Below are positions 51,117 through 64,000 of a stretch of DNA of 64,000 nucleotides, one piece after another. Positions within the stretch are counted from its first letter, which is position 1. The number at the start of each line of letters is the position of its first letter. The notes beneath the pieces were generated by a model. That model had not been told where the DNA came from, did no database searches, and saw only the letters and a list, made by a program, of their open reading frames with translations. Origin of the DNA: Eledone cirrhosa (Eukaryota); assembly GCA_964016885.1 (NCBI GenBank), contig OZ024741.1, positions 51,832,001 to 51,896,000 on the forward strand, read 5' to 3'. The translations under genes were made by a program, and so were the position numbers.

Positions 51117-51269
51117 ACGCGTAAATACAAATGCTATTTTGTTCATAAATCCTGCCAATTAATTTTAGGACGGGGAGTTATCTCTTAAAACATACAGTTA
51201 AAAAACTGTAGAAGTACTCTCCATTTCATTTAAATATATTTGTTATTCCTAAATTTGATTTCATAAATT

Positions 51270-52800
51270 GGCAATTATACATGTTATGATTAGTGCTAGG
51301 ACAGCGGACGGCTTTAGGAGTTAGTTTAAACTTAATGTTATGGTCTGTTTTGGTTTTCTATTAAGGTTAGAATTAATGTTAGCCTGACCCCGAATTCGAT
51401 TTGATACATGGGCAATTATATGTTATGGTTATTTCTAGGACATTGGAGGCTGTTAGAGCTCAGATTTGCTGGTTTCATGTTAGGCTTAATGTTCATGGTC
51501 ATGGTTTGGGTTTACGGGTAGCATTAGTGTTTGTTGGGTTTGAACTTAAGGGTTAGCTGTTATGTTTAAAGTCAATTTAGTGCTAGGATTTTGTGCTCCA
51601 CCTCCTATTGGGAAAATAGTATTTTTATAGACTAAATTTAATTTAATGTCTCTGCATTTATACAGAAGTTAATGTTAAGAGTGTAGAAGAATCACTTGTA
51701 TGTTTTCCACTTCATTAATTAGTAGTTATATACCTTTCATTAGAATTTTGGGTAGTCTTTTATGTGTGTGTGTGTACAAAACTGTTTAAAAAGACATCAT
51801 TGGAATTAACGTTTAAAGGGAGATTACTAATAGATGTAGACTTTTCGAGTTATTGTCCTTGCTTGTAAAATAAATAAAACATGGAACATATTTCTTGATA
51901 TTAAATTTAAATTAAGTATTTATGTTAGACTTGAGACAAAATTTATTTGATGCATGGGACAATTATATATTTTATGGTTGTTGGTAGGGTATCAGCAGAA
52001 TTTAGGGTTTAGGGATGCTGGTTTAGTCTTAATGTTCATGAAAAGGTTTAAGGTAGCATTAGAGTTTGTTGAGATATAAATTTAGGGGTTAGCAATTATG
52101 TTCAGTCAATATTTACTGCTGGGCCTTAATGCTCCCCTCCTATTATAAATATGGTATTTTTATAAACAAAGTTTAACTTAATCAGTTTGTATTTATATAG
52201 ACGTTGGTGTTAAGACTATGGCAATCAATAATTTTTCTGCTGTATTATTTAGTAGTTACATCACTTTTATTAAGATTGGTGTCAGGGCTGGGGTTATGTT
52301 ATGGTTATTACTAGGACATCAGAGGGGTTTAGGGTGGGCTTAGGTTTGTTGGTTTGAATTTAGTCCTAATGTTCAGTCATGTTTAGGGTGTAAGTATAGT
52401 GTTAGTGTTTGTTGGGGTTTAAATTCAGTCAGTATTTATTGCTAGTTTTTTGTACTCTCCCTTCTATCAAACATGTGGTACTTTTATAGACTAAATTCAC
52501 TGTGTTTGCAATTATACAGTAGTCAGTGTTAATGTTGTAGAGCAATCATTATGTTTTCTATTGCATTAGTTAGTAGTTACATGTCTTTTGTTGTGGTTGG
52601 GGTTATGTTATGGTTATTGCTAGGACATCGGAGGATTTTAGAGCGGTCCTATGTTTGCTGGTTTATGGTTAGTGGTAATGTTTACCAGGATTTGCATTTA
52701 GAGGTTAGCTGTTTACTGTTAGGCTTTAGTGCTCCCCCTTCTATAATAAGTATGGTATCTTTACAGAGATCATGGATGGGTGTGTGTGTCAGTATCATTG
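51270..52800. repeat. Degenerate TTAG/TTAGGG-rich tandem repeat (diverged units of several hundred bp)
   Basis: Recurrent TTATGGTT..CTAGGACATC.GAGG..TTTAG units at about 51290, 51425, 51975, 52300 and 52610; homolog at 34900-35200. Confidence 0.6.
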
Positions 52801-52975
52801 CTTGAGTACTAACTTAGTTTGCAACGAGTCATCCAACCCTTGCTTTTAAGGCGAAGGAATGTTGAATAATAATGACATAAATATGTGTATGTGTGCATAC
52901 TTTATTCACTCATCTATCCATCTAGTGTAACTCACATGCATTACCCACTTATCTATCCACCTGCTCGTTTATTTA

Positions 52976-53060
<85 letters not shown>

Positions 53061-53414
53061 CCACTTTCTCTGTCTCTCTCACACACACACACACACTCTC
53101 TCTCTCTTTCTTATAAATATATGTATACATAACTTTGATAACTTTTGGCTAGTATTGGTCCAGGCCATGTCTAACTTAATAGCTCCACATAGGGAAGTCT
53201 TTCAAATCAGAATTTAGACACCATGGCCCACTCAATTAGAGAGTTATTGTTTACAGAGGCATATTCAGGTGTAGGAGGTTTATCCGGGATTCCTTTAATC
53301 AAGGACTTTTTGAATTTTATAGGATTTGTTTCTGTTTTAATGTGTTTTGATGCAATGTTAAAGAGAGCAGGACCAGTTTAGGTGAAATAATTGTGCCATA
53401 ATGTTGTTATGGGA

Positions 53415-53790
53415 TGTGGCGTTCATGACGTTTGGGGGAGGTTCTTATCTTCACTGGCGGCTCACCTAACTGAGGTAACTGGTGATGCTCATAAGTGCAC
53501 TTGGTTGTTCCAGTGCAACAGCTTTGCAATCACCCAAGGTAACACTGCGAGCAAGCTGACTTGCATCAAAAATTAATAGAGAGGTTTCCTAGTGCTCCCA
53601 CAATATTGTTATCTTTTGCTCTGGCAGTGGTTCATATGTCCAACCCTTTCACCTGCTTTTTATTGTATGTTGTCCTAGATGAGTGTATTATCTGTTTGTG
53701 TTTTTTTTTCTTTTTCTCTTCATTTTTCCTTTCTGCTTGTAATACTATGTTGACTGTTATGTCTTAATAAAACCTAAATTTGTTTATATA
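53415..53790 (+). mobile_element. CRE-clade 3' end, paralog of 36020-36365
   Basis: FLSSLAAHLTEVTGDA..WLFQ..SFAITQGNTAS; same 3' UTR. Confidence 0.65.
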
Positions 53791-53799
53791 TATATATGT

Positions 53800-54920
53800 A
53801 GTGTGATCACAGGTAAACTATCTAAGAACGTAGATTTTATATTTGGCCGATGCTCAGGTACAATAAGTAGCAAGTGCCCACAGGATACTAGCTGCTTCTA
53901 TTGCCCAGATGGTTCTATAGAAATAGAGGACACTTTCCGTTAGCTGGGTGACAAAATCAGCACTGGTGGAGGGTGCTCTGAAAGTACAATAGCAGAGTCA
54001 GAACGGGATGGAAAAATTTCAGAGAGGTTATACCGCTGTTGGCCACAAAAGGTTTCTCTCTAAAAATGAAAAGCAGATTGTATGATGCCTGTATACGAAC
54101 AGCAATGCTACATGGCAGTGAGACATGAGCATTGTGTGCAGAGGACCTGTATAGACTGGAAAGGAATGAAGCATGCATGCTCCGTTGGATGTGTAATAGT
54201 AATATACGTGAACGGCAAAGCAAAATGAACTAAGTGAGAAATTAGGAATAAGAGGGATCAGATGATGAGAGAAGACTACGTTGGTATGGTCATGTGATGC
54301 GCATTAAAGACGACAGCTGTATAAAAAAGTGCAGGGCGATCAAAATTGATGGAAGTTACGGAGTAGGTAGACCCAGAAAAACCTGGGACGATTTGATAAA
54401 TTCCGATCTTACACACTTGCAACTCTTTAAGACAATGTCACTGGACCGAGATCTTTGGCGCTACGCAATAATACAGAAGACCCACCTTGCATATGTACAC
54501 AGCAAAACCTACACTCAGTAGGCACCTCTTAACCAAATATACACCCCAATCCACTACCCCTACTCTATCCTCCCACTCCCACCAACACCACCCTCTCTCT
54601 GTAAAGTTGGTACCACAATATCCAGTGCAAATAAATGAGATAATGAGATCGAGATCGAGTTCGTGTAGGTGTTATGACAAAAAAACACACAGTCCACGCT
54701 GTAATGTGGCCATGTAGGTAAAACAGTAAAAAGTTCCTGGTTCTACACTGTAAATGTGGTTGGTGTTAGGAAAGGCATCCAGCTGTAGAAAACCTGCCAG
54801 ACAGTCCTATAGGAGCGAGACATGGTCACCCGACCAACCTTGCTTCAAGTGGGACAACTCCCGTCTAACCCATGCTAGCATGGAAGATGGACGTTAAACG
54901 ATGATGATGATGATGATGAT
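53800..54920 (+). mobile_element. RTE-clade LINE 3' part with UTR and (ATG)n tail
   Basis: Homologous to 36850-37800; WYGHVMR, GRPRKTW. Confidence 0.85.
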
Positions 54921-55727
54921 ATATTTCATTTATTGTTAAACAATGAATGAAATATGTAAAATAACTTGTCTTTGTTATCATTGTTAAACTAATTTGAATA
55001 TATCAGAAAGATTAACTCAGCGAAACATGGAACCAATCTCTGGATCTCACTGAACTACATGCTAATACATTACATTGAGTTCTTACTATGGTATTGACCC
55101 TATCATGAAAGGTAGATCACATTGAAAGTGTATATATATATATAAGGAAGACGCAGTAGAGGAAGACCACGAAAAACATGGGTGGAGGTGGTGAGAGTAG
55201 ACCTCAGTAGATGGAGGAGATGATGAAGGACCATGACAAGTGAAGAGATGCCATGCTGAATAGAAACCATCCCACCCTTGCAAGCAGGGAAAAGCGGATG
55301 TAAAATGATGATAATGATATATAAGAGGAGGAACACTAAAGCCTGGCACTAAATATTGATTCTAAACTTAATAGTTAACCCCTAAATTCAAACCCCAAGA
55401 AACAATAGTACTAACTTACACCCTAATTATGACTGTGCTCATTAAAGCTGACTTTAAGAGAGATATATGTAACATATTCTTCACAAAAATATTGTAGTGC
55501 ATTGGTGGTGTGGTGATGGTCACTGTAAAGCTGAGGGTTTTATATATTTTAATAAATTGCATCAATAAAATCATTCACGTGCATCATTATATATATATAT
55601 ATATATATTACCGTCCAAACCCATGCAAGCGTGGAAGATGGACGTTAAACGATGATGATGATTAAACGATGATGATATATATATATATATATATATATAG
55701 TCGCAGTCAGACTTTACACACACACAC

Positions 55728-56905
55728 ATCATCATCATCATTTTACGTCCGTTCTTCCCTGCTTGCAAGGGTGGGACGGGTCTTATTCAGCACAGCATCT
55801 CTCCACTTGTCACGGTCCTTCGTCATCTCCACCGTGAGCTTCAGCGATCTGAGGTCTGTTCTCACCACCTCCGCCCATGTTTTTCGTCGTCTACCTCTAC
55901 CACGTCTTCCTTCAACTGGCATTTCCTGGCACTTCTTCACCCATCGGTCATCCTCCATGCGCATCACATGTCCATACCACCTCAGTCTCCTCTCTCGCAC
56001 ATTACATTCTATCCCTCTCAGACATAGTTTCTCTCTCAACACATTCATGCTGGGTTGTTCACGCACATTGATACTGCACATCCAACGGAGCATGCTTGCC
56101 TCATTTCCCTCCAGCCGTCGCATATCCATCAACACTTTTGTCTTAGCTAGGTTCACTCTCAGTCCTCTTGCTTCCAACTGCTGTTTCCATAGCCAGAATT
56201 TATTCTCTAGTTCCTCTACTGATTCTGCTATAAGAACCAGATCGTCAGCATAGAGAAGTTCCTATGGACAGCCAGTCTTAAACTCCTCTGTTATGGCTTG
56301 GAGGACTATAATGAACAAGAGCGGGCTGAGGACCGAACCTTGATGTACTCCTACTTGTATCTGGAATTCCTCACTAAACTCCATTCCTACCCTGACTTTA
56401 CTGACAGTACCTTTGTACAAAGTTTGCACTGTCCTCACAAGCCATTCCTCAACACCTAGTTTCTTTAGGGACCACCAGATGACAGATCGGGGTACCCTAT
56501 CAAAGGCCTTCTCTAGGTCAACAAAGGCTAAGTATAGTGGCTTATTTTTCTCTAAGAATCTCTCTTGAAGAGGGCATCTGTTGTACTCTTCCCAGGCACA
56601 AAACCAAACTGCATCTCATCTAGTTTGACCCTTTCTCTAATTAGTTGTGCTAATATCCTTTCTGCCACTTTCATAACCTGATCCATCAGTTTTATACCCC
56701 TATAATTGCTCCTCTCCAGAGCATCCCCTTTACTTTTGTAGCAATTTATGAAAATACTGCTGCACCAGTCTTTGGGATGACACCACCATATATAGCCTGA
56801 TTGATGATGCATGCAACCAGTTTAGTGCCTACGTCCCCTGATGCCTTCAGCATCTCAGCAACTATCCCCGATGGTCCAACAGCCTTACCATTTTTCATTT
56901 CCTTA
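55728..56905 (-). mobile_element. RTE-clade LINE 3' part, internally deleted
   Basis: [67 protein letters not shown]; related 3' end at 55145-55315 (+). Confidence 0.9.
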
Positions 56906-57001
56906 ATATATATATATACATATATATGTATATTTATATGTATATACATACATATATGTATATATACATTTGTATATACATACATATGTGTATATATGTG
57001 T

Positions 57002-57039
<38 letters not shown>

Positions 57040-57079
57040 ATATATATAAGTGTATGGTGAACGGTAAAAATGACACAAG

Positions 57080-57208
57080 TGGTGTAGGTGGTGGTAGCAG
57101 TAGTATCAGTTGCAGTAGTGGTGGTGGTAGCAGTAGTAGTAGTGGTGGTAGCAGTAGTAGTGGTGGTGGTGGTGGTGGTGGTAGTAATAGTAGCAGTGGT
57201 GGTGGTTA
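57080..57208. repeat. (GGT)n/(AGT)n trinucleotide microsatellite
   Basis: Read directly. Confidence 0.9.
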
Positions 57209-57518
57209 ACAGGAGGAAACATAATAGTACCACTGATGATATCACAGGTGTGTGATGAAAGAACTTTGATAGACCATATATATATTTATATCTATATTTT
57301 TAACTGTTGGTCAATCAATGATAAATATTGATTGCCAGCTAAATTAACTATAGTCATATGAAATATACAGAAGCGAAAAATAATCCAAGTCAAACTGTGT
57401 TTTATTATATACTTCTGGCAATATTATAACAATATGATCCTCCCCAAATATAACAATATTTGTTTCAACACACGATTTCATATAAAAAACCTTGCAAAAC
57501 AAAATCATATAAATATAT

Positions 57519-57628
57519 AATGTTTAATATAGAAATGGCTTCTACAGAACTAGAACTGTTTCATTTATATGATTTCCTTCGAATGAAACAGTTCTAGTCC
57601 TGTAGAAGCCATTTCTATATTAAACATT
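57519..57628. repeat. Hairpin with 47-bp arms
   Basis: 57519-57565 is the reverse complement of 57582-57628 with one mismatch; a related arm occurs at about 62490-62555. Confidence 0.9.
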
Positions 57629-58438
57629 GTACATACTCTACTATGTATTGAGTAACTTACTTACTGTGGTTACCCCCAATTGAATCCGGGATACACACAC
57701 ATATATATAGAGAGAGTGTGGGTAGGAGGTTGGTTATGATATGAACAAGATTTAAGAGCTATTTCTAGCAGGTCAAGTAACTATGTTGATGTTCCCTCAT
57801 TGATATCAACTAATAGATGTTCTTAAGTTGAACATCAGCATCAATCTCATCAGCTTGTGAAGGCATAAAAATGTGAGGAGCATCTCAGTCTCCTCTTCTG
57901 CCAATTCCAACTAATAAAAAGAAAAGATAATTCATAAATTTGCCATTCCTCTACTGATAAACTATCCACTTAAATACAATTCCTCCCTCTCTGCCCAGAG
58001 TCTCATTTCACAGATAATTTGACCAATCTTAGCTCCTCAGAATTTCATCCTCTTATTATTCTATTTGCACTTATCATTTTCTGCCCAGCAATATTTTAAT
58101 TAGTTATTAATTAAACCACACTTATTCAAATATAGCCGTTCCAATCCTCTATCATTGGAGGTCCACAGGAACTTCTATTTCTACCTCCCCTTAATTTAAC
58201 TGATAATTAATCAGCTGTTGTTGTTGTTGTTGTTTAGCCTCAATCTGCTCTTTTTTGGATGACCTGTCATCAAAGATATTCCAGACATTACCAACAGCAA
58301 GTATCAGCGATTGTATTATCCAGTGTGTTGTTTCCTTTTTCTGCAACAGCAGGGTGTGTTTGAGGGAATTTTGGTTACAGTTTCTGTGCATGTTTGTAAT
58401 TGGAAGATGGTGTGTTGTTCAATCCACTAATTTATGCC

Positions 58439-59573
58439 TGTCATTGTTAATCCTAACTTTGCTGACTACTCCCCTAAACATGGCTTGTACAGCCTTCACA
58501 AGCCACTCATCTACTCCTAGTTTTCTAAGAGCCCACCAGATTATGGCACAGGGCACTCTGTCAAAAGCTTTCTCCAGATTAACAAATGACAGGTAGAGTG
58601 GCTTACTTTTAGCTAGGTACTTTACCTGTAACTGCCTCACCAGGAAGAGAGCATCTGTGGTGCTTTTGCCTGGTACAAATCCAAACTGCATCTCATCCAG
58701 ATTTACCCTGTCCCTAATCAATTGTGCTATAACTTTTTCAGTTACTTTCATGACCTGGTCCATCAGCTTTATATCTCTATAGTTTCCTCTGTCTAGTGCA
58801 TCTCCTTTACCCTTGTAGTAGTTAACAATGATTCTGCTGCACCATTCATTTGGTATGATGCAATCTAGTATTACTTTGTTTTCAATACGTGTGGTTATAG
58901 TATGACTACCAACCCAGACACTTTCAGCATCTCGGCAACTATTCCCGATGGACCGGCTGCTTTCCCAGTCTTCATATTCTTAATTGCCTTACTTACTACA
59001 CTGCTACTGACATGTATTGCTTGGCCCTCTATGGGGTTCACTTGGGGTAGGGTCTCTTTCTCCCATGCATTCTCTTCATTCAGTAATCTTTCATAATGGC
59101 TCATCCATGCAGCTTTCTTTTCAGCACCTGTGAGGGCAAGTGCACCTTTATCATCCCAGACACACTTCTCACCGATGACATCGCAATTTTCTCTAACACA
59201 CTGTCTCACAATCCTGAACACCTGTTTCTGGTCCTCATGCTGCAAAACATGCTTGAATTTTCTATCCTCTGCTTTTCTTCTTCCTAAGTATACTTGTCAT
59301 CTAGCTCCCTTCCTGACCTCTATATAGTGAACTCTTCTCCCCCCATTCTTTCATTGTTTCCATGCCTGTCTCTTGGCTTTAATTGTTTCATCTACCTTAT
59401 TGTTTCACCACCAAGTCACTCTCCCTGTGGTCTTGCTCCACCCACAAATCTTGTCTGTCGCCTTTAGTAAGTTATGTTTTAGGAACTCCCAGTGCTTTTC
59501 TATATTGAATGTCTGTATCTGTTCTTCCTTACTGACATAGACGTCAAGTAAGATATCTTTAAATCTGTTACTG
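58439..59573 (-). mobile_element. Internal RTE fragment closely matching 21255-22358, flanked by 51-bp direct repeats
   Basis: Shares unusual substitutions with the 21-22 kb copy (for example QLQVKY); repeats at 58388-58438 and 59574-59624. Confidence 0.88.
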
Positions 59574-59635
59574 GCATGTTTGTAATTGGAAGATGGTGCA
59601 TTATTCAATCCACTAATTTATGCCAGTCTAGGACA

Positions 59636-59675
<40 letters not shown>

Positions 59676-60233
59676 CAACCACTGTATCATAGACACCCTA
59701 TATATTTCCAGGGGTACTTAGTACCTGTGGGGATATTAACTTCTTTTAATATTCTCCGTTATGTAGAGAACAAATCTGTTGTTCTATTTAGCTGCTATTT
59801 TTAGTAGCGAGGTAGACAATACGTCTATGTTTACTTCCGCTTATACTACGGGCTGGTTCATGCATAGCTCAAATTTTCGGCCCCATTCGATCCTGTGCTA
59901 GCTGGCAGATGGCAATATATTTTGCCGTTCCCGGGACTTTTTGTCCTAGGAAAGGAAAATGGTCTCTGATGATCTAAACTTTTCCATTGGAAGTCCCTAG
60001 GGATCTCCAATCTTTTGTGAGGTGAAACCGTCGGTAAAAGCAATTGGAATAGGTAAATATTTAAATTATATTTTTTAATTTATTAAAAAAAATTGTTTGA
60101 ATCTTGCTTGCTCCGCTTATCTCAATTTTATAGTTCTGGTATGTCAAATTAATACCATAGAACAACCACTGTATCATAGACACCCTATATATTTCCAGGG
60201 GTACTTAGTACCTGTGGGGATATTAACTTCTTT
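59676..60233 (+). mobile_element. Non-coding 487-bp unit with 71-bp terminal redundancy and an internal hammerhead motif (retrozyme / non-autonomous PLE-like)
   Basis: 59676-59746 equals 60163-60233; CTGATGA at 59966-59972, attgga.gtccc/gggat.tccaat stem II, GAAA-ccgtcg-GTA at 60024-60036; (TA)n on both sides. Confidence 0.7.
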
Positions 60234-60262
60234 ATATCTATATCTATCTATATATATATAAA

Positions 60263-61115
<853 letters not shown>

Positions 61116-61519
61116 GTATATATATATATATATATAGAGAGACAAATTTGGTGGTGTAAGGGGGAATAACTGGCATAGAAGGGAAAGTGCTAGACTTCCA
61201 CAAAACAATTTGCCTTTGCTTATGCCTTGGAGAATAACTTTATTGGTACAAACACATGACAAAATGGGATCTTTTTATACTACTAGTGTATAGGAGAAAA
61301 TCTGCTTTGTGAGTCTTTGGGAAAATCATCTAATACAACTTGTTGTAGACCAATAAGGACAGGATATACTTATTGTTCAAGGGACACAAGTTATTTGCTT
61401 TCTGTCGTATGTGGGCAGAATGATACAGCCCCTCCATTCCTCACGTCACCCCCATTTTCTCTATCTCAATAAAACTGAAATTTATTTATTCATTTTTCAA
61501 AATTGTTGTTGATCTGGAG

Positions 61520-61592
61520 AAATGCCCCTCCCCCCTGAAATCAGTGCCCTAGGTGGCTGCCTAGTTTGCCTATATGGTAGCGCTGGCCCTGA
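61520..61592. mobile_element. hAT (Tip100-like) MITE terminus
   Basis: GCCCTAGG..GCTGCCTAGTTTGCCTA....AGCGCTGGCCCTG end (CAGGGCC-type TIR); other end not found. Confidence 0.5.
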
Positions 61593-62813
61593 GGACAATA
61601 GACATCCAATAACTTATCTCTCTCTCACACATTCCATGCCCTCACTCTCTTTCCCACCAACCTCTCTCTCTTTCTCTCCCTACCAACCTCTCTCTGCCCC
61701 ACCACCCTCTCTCACACATTCCCTTCTCTCTCCATCTCTCTCCCCCACCAACTTCTCACTCTACCACCAACCCCTCTCCCTCCCTCCCACATTCCCTGCC
61801 CTCTCTCTCTCTATCCATCCCTCTCTGGTGCGTTAATGTTCTAGCTTGGCTGAAGCTGGACTGCCTAATCATTATTTGAGAACATAAAACCAAACAGTTT
61901 GGTGTTTGGATTATCAGAACACTCTGGCAACAAACAATTAGAAGGGTTCCCTAATCCCACTACTAAAATGGAAATAAAAGACAAAATTTATCAGAGTAAA
62001 CTAAACCCCATACTTTAGATACATTTTTTGGGGCCAAAGTGTCATTTTGTTTCTCTTTTTATTTTCTTTCTATGTTCTTTTGTTGTTGGTGTTTTTTTTC
62101 TTTTTTTTAGATACCACTTTTTTTCTCTTTATTTTTACCTTTTGTTCAAGACTATTCTTCTCATTGATGGATGGATTTATTCTTTGCATAGTTTTAGCAA
62201 CTAAAAGGATAAGAGAAAGAAGGGGAGAGAGAGGGAGAGAGAAAGAAGTACTATTGTCACAGATAAACTTTGTTTATTGTCCAAGTTAGGCCATTAGCAA
62301 TTACAGGTATCATTCCAGCAGGCAATATACTGCAAATTATACAATTTTACAACTTTCCCATACTTTTCTTGATATTTCATCCACCACCTTTACCAACATA
62401 GACTAGCATGCCACCACTATCATGTATACCAACACACACACAGGCATATCATCACCATCGTTTAATGTCTGTCTTCCATGCTATACATACATAGTAGAGT
62501 AAATACAATATTTAATATAGAAATGGCTTCGCTAAGACTAGAACTGTTTCATTCAAATGAAACATATATATATATATACTTAGTACATTAACAGAGAAAG
62601 CTTTAAGCAATACTCCGACCGACATCCATCTCACTCAACAAACATTAGGATATACCTGAGTATAACCCTAATTATATGTTTAGGGTGCTAACTATATTGT
62701 ATTTTGCAGATAACCGGCTGTATTATTTTATATGAGACATAATTAAATACATCTATATATATATATAAAATAAAATAAATAAGTCAAATATTTAAAATTT
62801 GGCTTCGTTTATT

Positions 62814-62868
62814 ACTGCTATATATATTTCGGTGACAGCCATCTTTGGCTGTGACCTCTTCAGGCAGT
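62814..62868 (-). ncRNA. Type I hammerhead ribozyme, apparently intact, in an orphan pLTR-like piece (about 62765-62990)
   Basis: actgc-CTGAAGA-ggt.acagcca-aaga-tggctgt.acc-GAAA-tatat-ATA-gcagt. Confidence 0.85.
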
Positions 62869-63079
62869 CCGAATTTGTGTGGGAAAGACGGGTACACATG
62901 TTGTTGAGGTGTTTAACTTCGTCAATACTCTGATATGCCCAGTTCCTGGTTGGGTTGTTATTTCTCTGAGGAAATGGAATCATATATATATATATATACA
63001 TACAAATAAAATTAGAATTTTATTTCTTGCCCTAGCACAGTTGATACATAGATGAAGTATGCACATCTCCACACACATA

Positions 63080-63960
63080 TATACATATGTATGTATGGGT
63101 TATATTGAACATTAATAATAATGTTTGATTCATTTGTAAACAAACACCCCGATTTGAAGCTGTGCTGTGTCGGTGACCGATCGTCACCTGTTTGTTCAAC
63201 ACTGGCTTTGAGGAACAATCAACATGTTTCTGGTTCATTACCCTTCATCAGCACTCTACCTGTCTGTTGAACAGTTGAAAATATATAGTATTTTCTTAAG
63301 TACGCATCAGCTGAGTAGCCACATTTGCATACCGGAGAAGTTACGGCCGTCCTTGCCGAATATTAAAAATAAAATTACACACATGTATTTGATCGATGAT
63401 GATCTAGTTATATTTAGTTATCTTTCGTTTAATTCTAGTTGAAAGCTTTGGTTTTTGAGGCTCTGAGAATTCTTTTGTTCTCTCACCTGAAAATAACCAC
63501 CAAAAAATTTGAGTAAGGTCACCTGACTACAGACTGGATTACTACTACACTACAGCAAGCAGCATGAAATTCTGTCGTACATATAAATAATGAAACCTGC
63601 AGATGAAGGAACTCCTGTTCAAGCATTGAAGTGCACATGTATTACTTGTGCATTATATAACTTATATAACTTCCAGGGGTTCCAGAAACCTATCTGAGAT
63701 TTTATCGACTATATCGATTTTAATCAATCAGAGATGGTCCAGGTATGAAAAACTTTTTCCTATATATCGTTATTTTGTTGTATGTATAGTTTGTATCTTT
63801 GGTTGGTTCTCTTGGTGTAACATTTTATAACTATGGTGTTTAACTCGGGACTTAATGTTTGCTTTTAGCTTTTGATCCATTGAGTGCTCTGTGATTGCCT
63901 CAAAACAAATCGAATAGTACAAGCTGTACTGCAGCTGAAGTTTGATTTACAAATATTATA
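63080..63960. repeat. Duplicate of 45320-46225
   Basis: Direct sequence comparison. Confidence 0.92.
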
Positions 63961-64000
63961 TATATATATCATCATCATCATCATTGTTTAACGTCTATCT

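Overview
AT-rich, microsatellite-dense animal genomic DNA made almost entirely of transposable elements. The repeat content (MetaSINE-like SINEs, RTE LINEs with (ATG)n tails, long (TA)n tracts) resembles coleoid cephalopod (Octopus-like) DNA; this is an inference. No intact host gene is evident; one 35-nt candidate exon and some decayed acidic exon-like units are the only hints. Recognisable elements are a nearly intact CR1/L2-group LINE with a PHD + 3xCCCH ORF1 (2.4-6.65 kb), two Penelope-like elements (Naiad-type, minus strand, with an inverted pLTR, 26.2-29.4 kb; Neptune-type, plus strand, with direct pLTRs, 37.8-43.3 kb), many RTE, CR1 and CRE fragments, three Helitrons, a solo LTR, a Gypsy remnant, and palindromic and hexamer satellites. 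The most striking signal is about 15 hammerhead-ribozyme (HHR) motifs from roughly 10 different short elements, nearly all beside (TA)n tracts. They include a full-length type I HHR with a compensatory U3-A8 core and a possible pseudoknot, and a 487-nt terminally redundant non-coding retrozyme-like unit. There are also repeated fold-back inverted duplications at (TA)n junctions. All ribozyme calls were folded by eye and are untested.
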